A DNA stretch of 37,569 bases. It comes from a virus (taxonomy: Duplodnaviria > Caudoviricetes). Below are positions 1 through 7,393 of this stretch, one piece after another. A program made the position numbers and the translations under genes. The stretch is taken from positions 1-37,569 of IMG/VR virus record IMGVR_UViG_3300033565_000011. The stretch is one strand, 5' to 3'. Below the pieces are notes generated by a model. It did not search any database, was not told the origin of the DNA, and worked only from the letters and a program-made list of their open reading frames with translations. How positions within the stretch are numbered: position 1 is the first letter of the stretch; every line of letters begins with the position of its first letter.

Positions 1-88
1 TATTTATATTTTTTTTTTTTTTTTCAAGCAGAAGACGGCATACGAGATTCAAGTGTGACTGGAGTTCAGACGTGTGCTCTTCCGATCT
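1..88 (+). other. Sequencing artefact: poly-T plus Illumina P7/TruSeq indexed adapter (index TCAAGT at 49-54)
   Basis: CAAGCAGAAGACGGCATACGAGAT (25-48) + 6-nt index + GTGACTGGAGTTCAGACGTGTGCTCTTCCGATCT (55-88) match the known adapter exactly. Confidence 0.99.
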
Positions 89-100
89 GTGTGAATTACC
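89..100 (-). repeat. Terminal 12-nt repeat, putative cosN cohesive end (5'-GGTAATTCACAC-3'), copy 1
   Basis: GTGTGAATTACC begins immediately after the adapter and is identical to 37558-37569. Confidence 0.8.
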
Positions 101-120
101 CGCGGGGGGAGGTGGAGGGA

Positions 121-127
121 AGGACCC
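121..127 (-). promoter_or_regulatory. cosQ-like packaging termination site GGGTCCT
   Basis: Identical to the lambda cosQ heptamer; lies 20 nt before the 12-mer in the packaging (minus) direction. Confidence 0.65.
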
Positions 128-131
128 GTGA

Positions 132-803
132 TCATCTTGCTGTCCTCATGGCCTCAGCCAAAGCGGCATCGAACTGGCTGGCCCACTCACGATCAACGAT
201 GGCCTTAGCCTTCGCGTGAAAGTCGAATCTCGATTTGTAGCGAGCGGCGACTTGCGGAAAGATGATGAGCGGGATAAGCGAGCCATTGGCAACCTTGTAG
301 ACTCCCCGCGGCCAGTTCTTTCCTGTCTGGTCTTTCGGGTCACCGTAGAAAATCTCCAGCTTGGCGCTGACTTTAATCTTGCGGCTCGTCGCCTTCTTCA
401 TTCCCTGCTCTTTGCGAGCAACAGCGACAAGCTGGGCAATGATCCCGCGAGGGATGTTGCCGTATTCGTTTAGCTTGATAGCGGCCGGGATCTTTAGGCC
501 AGCCTTTCCGGGCTGACGCACGCCGCCTGCGATTTGAAGCTGCATGTATTTCGCTTGCGCGGCCATGAACCCGACAGTGGCTTCCAGTTTGGCTTTGTTT
601 GCGTAGCGCAGGACGCGAACGCCGCGCTTGGTGAATGGGGTGGGCTTATCGAGAGCGCGCTCGAGTTCATCCGGCATCGCAGCGGCTACTTTTTTCGCGG
701 TGGCATTGAGGGCTTTGCTGGCAGCAAAGCTGACCTGCTTTCCCATGCCACTGATGCGAGCCTTGACGGCTTCGAGGCCTTCGATCTTGACGCTGATCTT
801 CAT
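132..803 (-). CDS. Lambda gpZ-like tail completion/minor tail protein
   Basis: Basic helical protein MKISVKIEGLEAVKARI...AASKALNATAK resembles the gpZ family; ATGA coupling with the upstream ORF supports the start at 803. Confidence 0.55.
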   Translation of the reverse strand: MKISVKIEGLEAVKARISGMGKQVSFAASKALNATAKKVAAAMPDELERALDKPTPFTKRGVRVLRYANKAKLEATVGFMAAQAKYMQLQIAGGVRQPGKAGLKIPAAIKLNEYGNIPRGIIAQLVAVARKEQGMKKATSRKIKVSAKLEIFYGDPKDQTGKNWPRGVYKVANGSLIPLIIFPQVAARYKSRFDFHAKAKAIVDREWASQFDAALAEAMRTAR

Positions 804-1012
804 CGCCCTGCCCTTTCCCGCTTGACCTGATCCTGCAGACAATCGGACCAGCCGTCGCAGGCCTTGCCGTAGTTGGTTTCGGTGGCATAGCTGCAGCCGG
901 GGCAGATGCGCGACTCATAGTCGATGACCGGGGCGGCAGTGACAGCGGCCAGGCAGCGGGCGCGGTCTTTCATCTCTGCTTCAGATGCGCGTTCGAAGTC
1001 ATCCATGATCAA
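800..1012 (-). CDS. TraR/DksA-like C4 zinc-finger protein
   Basis: Acidic N-terminal helix MDDFERASEAE, then CPGC and a second Cys pair (CDGWSDC); ~70 aa like phage TraR homologs. Confidence 0.5.
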   Translation of the reverse strand: MIMDDFERASEAEMKDRARCLAAVTAAPVIDYESRICPGCSYATETNYGKACDGWSDCLQDQVKRERAGR

Positions 1013-1278
1013 GCCTTACCTGCTTTGGCCTGAGCGGCAGCGGCACGCATGCCAGTCTCAGCGCCACGCACCACCAGGCTGAAGAAGACGACACCGGCAG
1101 CCAGATCAGCCAGCCAGCGTGCCCACAGGGCAAGGCCGGTGTGGTCTTTGGCTTCGACGCAGCGCTTGATCACGGCCGAGAATTCGGCGATATCGGCATC
1201 GGACCATTCCCCGGATTCCTTGCGGGCACGGGCGACCACGTCGAAATCGGCGCGCATTTTCTTCAACATCAGTTCCAT
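1009..1278 (-). CDS. Hypothetical protein
   Basis: AGGAG RBS at 1286-1290 before ATG 1278; stop overlaps the next start. Confidence 0.7.
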   Translation of the reverse strand: MELMLKKMRADFDVVARARKESGEWSDADIAEFSAVIKRCVEAKDHTGLALWARWLADLAAGVVFFSLVVRGAETGMRAAAAQAKAGKA

Positions 1279-1294
1279 TGGTTTTCTCCTGGGG

Positions 1295-1558
1295 TTCCAT
1301 ATGTTCCACAACCACCTGCCGAGATATGGAAGCTGGAAACGCTTGTCCTGTGGCCTTCTTCCATATGTTCCATATCTTCCATATCAAAATGTAGCCCTGT
1401 ACGGGGGTGCACGCCCGCGTGTACGTGTACGCGGGTGTGTGCGCCTGTGTGTGCGCAGGGGAAAGTGATATGGAACATATGGAAGATATGGAACAGCCTT
1501 GTGCTGCAACGGTTTCCGGCTTCCATATGTTGCTGCGACATATGGAACAGATATGGAA
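1295..1558. repeat. Putative replication origin: 11 copies of the 9-mer TTCCATAT(G/C) in inverted arrays around an alternating purine/pyrimidine core
   Basis: Copies start at 1295, 1323, 1359, 1368, 1377, 1467, 1476, 1485, 1521, 1539 and 1550; the array lies directly downstream of the primase-helicase gene. Confidence 0.7.
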
Positions 1559-1566
1559 GATGCGGT

Positions 1567-4074
1567 TTAGAAGCCGGCATATTCACCACCTGTTTGCGTT
1601 CTCGTTGCCGGTACGCCGGCAGTTGCTTCGACCATCAATGGCGGCCGGTACCAGAAACGGGTCATGCCGTTTCGCTTTTCGATCTTCTGGCAGCCGAGGT
1701 TGCGCAGGCTGTTACCGACACGGATCTGAATGTCCCGCGTCAGGTGCGCCGCATCAATGCCCAGGGCGTCCTTTGCTGCCGTCGCCAGGGCGAAATCAGC
1801 CACCTGCGAATACACCCAGTCATGCAGCGCATCGAGCAGGCCTTCCTGTTGCTGGCGACGGAACTGCTCAGGGTCGAAGAGCTTCTTCTGCTCGTCCCAC
1901 TCCGGCCAGTAGCGCTTGCCAGCCAGGTAATAGGCCAGCGCCTCAGCGAACAACTGCTCGCGTGCCGCAACCAGCCCATCGACATCCAGAATGCCCACGG
2001 TGACCGGCCAGAAACGCCGGCCACCGGTTGGGTCTTTGTTCCACTCCCACTCGTTCGTCGTGCCCGTGAAAACCAGCTGACGCGGCATCTTTACGAAGGA
2101 CGTGGCAAACGGTATGCGGAATTCATCAAACCGTCTGGAAAGGAAGGCTTTTTGCCGCTTCTCGTCAGAACGGGCCATTGCACCCATTTCCGCGATCTCA
2201 AGCAGCCATTTGCCCTGCAGCGCCATCATTGAATCCTTGTTACTCAGATCCAATTCAACGTCACTGAACCAGCGGTCCCCGACCAGCGCACAGAGGATGG
2301 TCGACTTCTTCTTCCCCTGCTCGCCTTCCAGGATCAAGCTGTAATCGAACTTGCACCCAGGGTGAAGGGCACGGGCGACCATGCCCATCAGGAACCAGCC
2401 ACCAGCCAGCCGCAGGTACTCCTTCTGATCCGGCGAAGTGGGTTCGCAGCCGACATAGCGTTCCAGCCAGCTGCCGATCCGCTTCTCGCCATCCCATGCC
2501 GGCAAGGCATGCAGCCAGTCCTGCACCGGGTTAAATCGATGGTTGCGCGCCACGGCATCGACGGCCTGGGCAATGATCTCCTTACCCGGTGCGAACTTGT
2601 ATCGGCGTGTCACCCAGATGCCCGTGTGCGTCGTGTCCAGATCGCTCCAGTCACCCAGTTCGCCATTGACATAGGGTGGCTCCTGCAGCTTGACGATGCG
2701 CTGCGCGTGCTCGTCAAAGCCCAGCGTGCCATGCCACGACTCGTCATGCACCAGCACGTCATACACGTTCGCGACACAGCGCTCAATCTCGCCCTTCTGC
2801 GTCCTGTGCAACCGATAAATCCAGCTATCACCCGCCCCACTCGCGCCAGCGTCTTTAGCGGTATAAATGGTTTCCGGCGGTGTTTCCGGGCGCTCAGGCT
2901 CCCACAGGACCACATTGTCCCGCAGCCAGCCAAGGCTCGTTTCCTCGTTGAACTGCCCAATCTCGCCGGCAGCGCACATGTCTGCCACATCCCAGCCATC
3001 CGGCAACGTGCCCGGCTGGGGAATCTTCACCAGCCAGACCTTGCAGCCCTGGCCATGCAGGCGCTCGGCTATCTTCACCGCGGCCTTCATGCCCGGCTGC
3101 TTGAACTCATCCAGGAAGGGCTTCGACAACGGATCGATGCCCCGCTCCTTCTCATCCTTCGACAGCTTCTCGCGCTTGCTGTCGGCATCCGGCCAGACGA
3201 TGACCTTGCGGTCCACCAGCGGCGACCAGTCGGCCTTGTGCTCGGCATTCGTGCCGCCACACCAGGTCACCACCGCCAGCTCGGGGAAGAGCAGATGCGC
3301 CACGTCGGCACACTTCTCGCCCTCGACCACCAGTACTGTCGCCTCCGGCTTGGCTGCCAGACGATCAAGGCCATACAGCGCGCGCGGCTCGCCGAAGTGC
3401 ATCCAGCGCCACTGCGATTCGCCGGTCTTCGCATGTGTTGCCCAGCAAACCGGTGTGATTTCCTTTCCGCCGTCGCTGGTCCTGAAGCGGAAGACATAGC
3501 CCAGGGTGGCACCATCCGCATCGCGGTAATGCCACAGCGCCTCGGGATGGCCCCGGCGCACATGCGCGACGGGTGGAGGCGGCGCATCAGACGGCGCAAC
3601 ACGCACAGGCACCCATTCCGTGACTGGCTTCTTCGCCGATGCCTCGGCACCGCCGGCTGCAGTCTCAGCCGACGGGGAGGACTTCTCTGTGGGGGCAGAG
3701 CGAGGCGGCACCGGATCCTGACTGCGTCCGCCTCTCGGGGGGGGTAACTGAATGCCCAGCTGGCTGGCCACATCACGCACGCCGGCCAGCTGGTCACCAC
3801 CATGGAACAGATACGCACAGAGCGAGACCAGATCGCCGCCCTTGTCATCAGACGCGAAGTCGCCCCATTTGCCGTTGGCCATATTGACCGAGAACGAGCC
3901 CTCGTTATTGTCGCTGCGCGTCGGGTTGACTGACTTCCATTCGAAGCCGGATTTATGGCCCAACGGCAGCCAGGACTTGATCAGCGAGTCCGCACTGACC
4001 AGCGCGGCATCAGCAATCGCCTTGAAGTCGATATCGTCAGCCGGCCCCCGCCGGCCATGTCCCCCGTTTGCCAT
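1567..4074 (-). CDS. Primase-helicase fusion (TOPRIM + VirE/VapE-family P-loop ATPase)
   Basis: TOPRIM motifs VVEGEKCAD and WPDAD; Walker A LEGEQGKKKS, LEIAEM, GTTN and TGGRRFWPV are typical of VapE. Confidence 0.9.
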   Translation of the reverse strand: MANGGHGRRGPADDIDFKAIADAALVSADSLIKSWLPLGHKSGFEWKSVNPTRSDNNEGSFSVNMANGKWGDFASDDKGGDLVSLCAYLFHGGDQLAGVRDVASQLGIQLPPPRGGRSQDPVPPRSAPTEKSSPSAETAAGGAEASAKKPVTEWVPVRVAPSDAPPPPVAHVRRGHPEALWHYRDADGATLGYVFRFRTSDGGKEITPVCWATHAKTGESQWRWMHFGEPRALYGLDRLAAKPEATVLVVEGEKCADVAHLLFPELAVVTWCGGTNAEHKADWSPLVDRKVIVWPDADSKREKLSKDEKERGIDPLSKPFLDEFKQPGMKAAVKIAERLHGQGCKVWLVKIPQPGTLPDGWDVADMCAAGEIGQFNEETSLGWLRDNVVLWEPERPETPPETIYTAKDAGASGAGDSWIYRLHRTQKGEIERCVANVYDVLVHDESWHGTLGFDEHAQRIVKLQEPPYVNGELGDWSDLDTTHTGIWVTRRYKFAPGKEIIAQAVDAVARNHRFNPVQDWLHALPAWDGEKRIGSWLERYVGCEPTSPDQKEYLRLAGGWFLMGMVARALHPGCKFDYSLILEGEQGKKKSTILCALVGDRWFSDVELDLSNKDSMMALQGKWLLEIAEMGAMARSDEKRQKAFLSRRFDEFRIPFATSFVKMPRQLVFTGTTNEWEWNKDPTGGRRFWPVTVGILDVDGLVAAREQLFAEALAYYLAGKRYWPEWDEQKKLFDPEQFRRQQQEGLLDALHDWVYSQVADFALATAAKDALGIDAAHLTRDIQIRVGNSLRNLGCQKIEKRNGMTRFWYRPPLMVEATAGVPATRTQTGGEYAGF

Positions 4075-4562
4075 CAGCCCGCCACCTTCCTAACGGCCGG
4101 CAGGGGGGGGGGAAGCTCGCGCACCATGGTCTCCAGCTCGGCAAGCAAGTGCATGACCGACGCCACGGTGCGATGGCCGCGCAATTTCAGCGAATTAAAT
4201 TCATCGGGTTCAATGACGCCATCGGCCCGCGCCTCAGTAAACTCCTTCGACAGCTCACCCATCTGCTGAATGATGCCCAGGTACGCCTGAAGCACATCAT
4301 CCTCAGCCGGCGCGCCGGCCGGTATGGCAAGGAAAACGCCGCCGAAATGCTCACACACCGCCTCGGCATAAACCGTCGTTTTTGCATAGTCCGCCAGGGC
4401 CAGCGCCTCGCGGGCCGTCACCTCGTAATGCGGCATCGCATCTGAAAACTTGTTGTGCAGGATGCCGGGCGAGCGGCCAATACGCTTGGCAGCGGCGGCA
4501 ATGCCGCCATCTGTCGTCAGCAGCACAGCGTGCAGCGCGTCAATCGGATCACGATGAGACAT
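4074..4562 (-). CDS. Phage regulatory CII-family protein
   Basis: GGIAAAAKRIGRSPGILHNKF HTH and C-terminal ADGVIEPDE; GAGGGG RBS before ATG 4562; located between cro and the replication gene. Confidence 0.75.
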   Translation of the reverse strand: MSHRDPIDALHAVLLTTDGGIAAAAKRIGRSPGILHNKFSDAMPHYEVTAREALALADYAKTTVYAEAVCEHFGGVFLAIPAGAPAEDDVLQAYLGIIQQMGELSKEFTEARADGVIEPDEFNSLKLRGHRTVASVMHLLAELETMVRELPPPLPAVRKVAG

Positions 4563-4619
4563 GACACACCCCCTCAGTAAACAATCCAGCGCCAAGCGAG
4601 CACACTGGATTCATGGAAG

Positions 4620-4645
4620 AAAAAGCCCAGGCCCGAAGGCCCGGG
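4620..4645 (-). terminator. Hairpin terminator (tR1-like) upstream of CII
   Basis: Minus strand CCCGGGCC-TTCG-GGCCTGGG followed by CTTTT. Confidence 0.5.
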
Positions 4646-4741
4646 AAAACGGCGGAGACAACCGCACGCAGAGAGAAAGAGGCCAGCCCATGACCGATAG
4701 AATGACGATGCCACTCACCACCCAAACGGAAAGGACCAGCC

Positions 4742-5062
4742 GTGAAACAGGAAGACACGCTCAAATCCCTGAAAGATTCGCTTTCGAAACAAACGGCCAT
4801 CATTGGCGCGATGGCCGAACAACAGGACATCCTGTCGGCACAGCTCGAAGGCATGAAGAAAGCGATACACGTCATGGCTTCATTCCTGCCAATGACAGAA
4901 GCCGATGTTTCAACCGCGTGGGAAATGGCTGCTGGCCAGGTAACGACCGAAATGGAACCGGCCGAGCCGACGACCTACATGCAGACAATCGAGCTCGAAG
5001 CGATTCGATCTTTGTTATCGGGCGCAGGAAAGGTCTGGCGGGATCGATCCCGGCGGCCATAA
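4742..5062 (+). CDS. Hypothetical helical protein, antisense to the pR operon
   Basis: GTG start with AAGGA RBS; coiled-coil-like, protein-like composition. Confidence 0.5.
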   Translation: MKQEDTLKSLKDSLSKQTAIIGAMAEQQDILSAQLEGMKKAIHVMASFLPMTEADVSTAWEMAAGQVTTEMEPAEPTTYMQTIELEAIRSLLSGAGKVWRDRSRRP

Positions 5063-5183
5063 GGGCCTCATTCTTTTTCCGCATGGCGATGTACAGCCGG
5101 CTGGAAGCAAAGTTGATTTTTACGAGCTTCTCAAAGCGCGCCCAGACTTCCGGTGGAACATCGGGAATATCGCGATCATCCAT
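4872..5183 (-). CDS. Truncated paralog of the Mor/C-like activator (dimerisation segment, no HTH)
   Basis: ATG 1 nt after the cro stop with GAGG RBS; DVPPEVWARFEKLVKINFASSRLYIA is 21/26 identical to the 34146-34397 product. Confidence 0.7.
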   Translation of the reverse strand: MDDRDIPDVPPEVWARFEKLVKINFASSRLYIAMRKKNEALMAAGIDPARPFLRPITKIESLRARLSACRSSARPVPFRSLPGQQPFPTRLKHRLLSLAGMKP

Positions 5184-5184
5184 C

Positions 5185-5451
5185 TCAAGCCGCCTCGCGT
5201 TTCGAATTTGGGGTGTTTTCGGGGTTGACCGTGGCAGTGCCGCGCAGGTACTCCCAGTCCACGTCGGGCCTGATCTCTTCGCAGGGAACGGCGCCGCGCG
5301 ATGCGCGATCAATCGCTATTGCAATATCAGCCCCGATCTTTTTCCCCGCAGAAACGGCGTTTCGCAAATAGTTGATCGTCGTCCCAGACTCTTTCTCAAA
5401 AGCCTCACGGGCGGCTGGAGACAACGAATTGATGTAATTTCTGAGATCCAT
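5185..5451 (-). CDS. cro: Cro/YdaS-like HTH regulator
   Basis: GTTINYLRN HTH and GAVPCEEIRPDVDW YdaS-type signature; divergent from the repressor. Confidence 0.85.
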   Translation of the reverse strand: MDLRNYINSLSPAAREAFEKESGTTINYLRNAVSAGKKIGADIAIAIDRASRGAVPCEEIRPDVDWEYLRGTATVNPENTPNSKREAA

Positions 5452-5457
5452 ACCAAT

Positions 5458-5486
5458 AGCTTACCCGTGGGTAATGTCTCAGTCAA
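5458..5486 (-). promoter_or_regulatory. pR-like sigma70 promoter for cro
   Basis: TTGACT (5486-5481), 17-bp spacer, TAAGCT (5463-5458); the cro ATG follows after 6 nt, so the mRNA is probably leaderless. Confidence 0.75.
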
Positions 5487-5514
5487 TACCCTCGGGTTAT
5501 TTACCGTCAGGTAT
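5461..5514. promoter_or_regulatory. Three OR-like operators, consensus WTACC-N4-GGTWW
   Basis: TTACCCGTGGGTAA 5461-5474, ATACCCTCGGGTTA 5486-5499, TTACCGTCAGGTAT 5501-5514. Confidence 0.8.
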
Positions 5515-5519
5515 TCAAA

Positions 5520-5933
5520 ATGAAGAATGCCGAGGTGGACAAAACTTTCGAAGAACGTCGCCTAGCGCTAAAAACCCTCACTGGCCGATTCGGCTATGGC
5601 GGCATCGCGCACGTCGCTAAAGAGATTGGCGTCGACGCCAGTTATCTGTCGCGGTGCCTCTACGAAGTCGGCAAGCCCGGCAAGAAGAACATCGGGGACG
5701 AAGTATCGATAAAGCTCGACGACAAGTTTCCGGGATGGCGAAATGGCACGTTGACCGCAAACTCACCCGACAATCTGATTTATGGTGAATTTGAGCAGGC
5801 CGCGCGGGAAACGGTCGATATCCTGAAGCGCCTCAGCCTACCGCGGCAACAAGAAGTATTGCGGCACGCACGACTGCTGCTACTTGACCAACAACAAGAA
5901 GATCAAAACTCTATCCAGCGCGCCGGCCTGTAA
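5520..5933 (+). CDS. cI: CI-like repressor (HTH, short, no S24 peptidase domain)
   Basis: GIAHVAKEIGVDASYLSRCL...KNIG HTH; divergent from cro across the operators. Confidence 0.8.
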   Translation: MKNAEVDKTFEERRLALKTLTGRFGYGGIAHVAKEIGVDASYLSRCLYEVGKPGKKNIGDEVSIKLDDKFPGWRNGTLTANSPDNLIYGEFEQAARETVDILKRLSLPRQQEVLRHARLLLLDQQQEDQNSIQRAGL

Positions 5934-6066
5934 TCCCGCACCGTGCGCGCGCGGGCGGGGATATGACTAATGTCATATTGTTGGCAGAATGGAAGTCACG
6001 TAGCATCAAAAGATTTACGTTGCAGGAAAACCCATGATTGCCATTCAATTCATCGTCCGCACACTC

Positions 6067-6537
6067 ATGAGCACCGCGCTGACCATACTATTGATGTTAG
6101 CCATGACAGCCCCATTTGCGCAGGCCGGCACCTACAAATGCGTAACCAACGGTCAGACCATCTATGCCGACCAGCCTTGCGCCGTCAATGCCAGGAACGT
6201 CGACGCACTACAAGATCGCTTGACCCAAGAGCAGCGCGTACAGCGCCTGGAGCAATCGATAAAAGAACGCACCCAGCGCAACAGCATAGAACGAAGAGAA
6301 AACGCTGAATTCAATGCCCGGCAACGCGCCATGGAAATACAAGTCGCTAACGAGGCTGCTCAGGAAGCAGCCAGGGAATCAACCCGGCGCAACAAGTGTG
6401 CAGAGATTGAAAGCGACATGAAGCATAACCAGCGCGCAGTTGCCCGATACCAGCAATTCGGTTGGCAACAATCGCTCACCCAGCGCGAAAACGAACTGAA
6501 GCAGAACCGGGAATCCCACGACAAAAACTGTCGGTAA
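6067..6537 (+). CDS. Secreted DUF4124-like protein (possible lysogenic conversion gene)
   Basis: Signal peptide ending AQA, then GTYKCVTNGQTIYADQPC and a coiled coil; start could also be 6034. Confidence 0.75.
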   Translation: MSTALTILLMLAMTAPFAQAGTYKCVTNGQTIYADQPCAVNARNVDALQDRLTQEQRVQRLEQSIKERTQRNSIERRENAEFNARQRAMEIQVANEAAQEAARESTRRNKCAEIESDMKHNQRAVARYQQFGWQQSLTQRENELKQNRESHDKNCR

Positions 6538-6554
6538 CCCGTCAAAAATGGTGC

Positions 6555-6578
6555 AACCCGCTTCGGCGGGTTTTTTTT
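6555..6578 (+). terminator. Rho-independent terminator of the immunity transcript
   Basis: AACCCGC-TTCG-GCGGGTT followed by a T-run. Confidence 0.85.
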
Positions 6579-6589
6579 CGCTCAAATAA

Positions 6590-6631
6590 TTACCTACGGG
6601 TATTGACACAATAATTACCCTCAGGTAACGT
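6590..6631 (+). promoter_or_regulatory. pL-like promoter with two OL operators
   Basis: TTGACA (6603-6608), 17 bp, TAACGT (6626-6631); operators TTACCTACGGGTAT 6590-6603 and TTACCCTCAGGTAA 6615-6628 match the OR consensus. Confidence 0.8.
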
Positions 6632-6659
6632 GTATTTAAACACCAACCCGGAGGCACCC

Positions 6660-6857
6660 ATGGCAACCACCCGCAACCCGCTGCAAGTCGTCAAGGAAGC
6701 GAAGCAGATCGCCGCCGACCACGGCTGTTTCATCGCTGAAAAAGGCGGCAAATTCCTCGTCTACCGCAAGACACCGATACGCCCGGTCTATCTCGGGTCG
6801 CGTGGCACGCCTGATGCGCTGCGTGCATTCGTCTGTCGCGTCACGAACTTTCACTAG
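6660..6857 (+). CDS. Hypothetical protein, first pL gene
   Basis: GGAGG RBS before ATG 6660. Confidence 0.75.
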   Translation: MATTRNPLQVVKEAKQIAADHGCFIAEKGGKFLVYRKTPIRPVYLGSRGTPDALRAFVCRVTNFH

Positions 6858-6866
6858 GGGCGGGCC

Positions 6867-7181
6867 ATGCAAAACGAACGCCCTATTGCCACCACATTGA
6901 CTCTGGAATCTCGAGGCCTAGTCGTTTCGCTTCGAGTAGAGCTTCCCGGTAACACAGTTCCATTTGTTGACGAGTCCGGTCGATTCGACTTGCAAACTTC
7001 CGCAGAGGAGACGCTGCCAATCGCTCTGGCGAAGGAAGCGCCTGCCTTGCTGCGTCAAATTCTCGAATCAGTTGAAGGATCGCTGCTGGATCGAATGTCG
7101 GCTGATGTTTCATCGGTGGCCTTGAAGTACATCCTGCGTGACGCAGTATGCGAACAGCCTAGCACGGAGGGGGCCAAATGA
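6867..7181 (+). CDS. Hypothetical protein
   Basis: In operon; stop coupled (ATGA) to the next gene; overlaps an antisense ORF at 6883-7113. Confidence 0.5.
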   Translation: MQNERPIATTLTLESRGLVVSLRVELPGNTVPFVDESGRFDLQTSAEETLPIALAKEAPALLRQILESVEGSLLDRMSADVSSVALKYILRDAVCEQPSTEGAK

Positions 7182-7393
7182 TCGCCGCCACCATCATCCC
7201 CACCACCGACGACACCTTGCTATCCGAGGTTGCGGCCATTGCCCGCGCTGCTCACCAGCGCGGCATGTTCCTGATCTCGAACGGCTGCAAGGTCGTTGTC
7301 TCCCCCGTGTGCCCGCCGGGCTTCTTCAAGATCGCTGTCAAGGTCAAGTGCCCGCAGCGCGCCGAACTGGAGGCTGAAGCATGCGCCGCCTGA
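7178..7393 (+). CDS. Hypothetical protein
   Basis: GGAGG RBS, ATGA coupling, GC-rich codon usage. Confidence 0.7.
   Translation: MIAATIIPTTDDTLLSEVAAIARAAHQRGMFLISNGCKVVVSPVCPPGFFKIAVKVKCPQRAELEAEACAA

Noticed and set aside
1-88. Poly-T and unusual leader as a biological terminus
   Set aside because: Exact Illumina adapter and read-through artefact.
101-123. G-rich tract as a G-quadruplex
   Set aside because: Runs are irregular and the tract is adequately explained as the cosQ-cosN spacer.
1295-1558. Repeat array as CRISPR, or as coding ORFs 1269-1589 and 1106-1387
   Set aside because: Repeats are 9 bp, in both orientations, with no unique spacers or cas genes; the MEHMED/WNIWK translations are by-products of the repeats.
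2362-3747. Long plus-strand ORF (also 1141-2232)
   Set aside because: Antisense shadow of the GC-rich primase-helicase gene with no motifs.
4103-4112. G10 run as a frameshift fusing CII to the primase
   Set aside because: The primase frame has a TAG (CCT GCC GGC CGT TAG) before its ATG, so no fusion results; the run encodes prolines.
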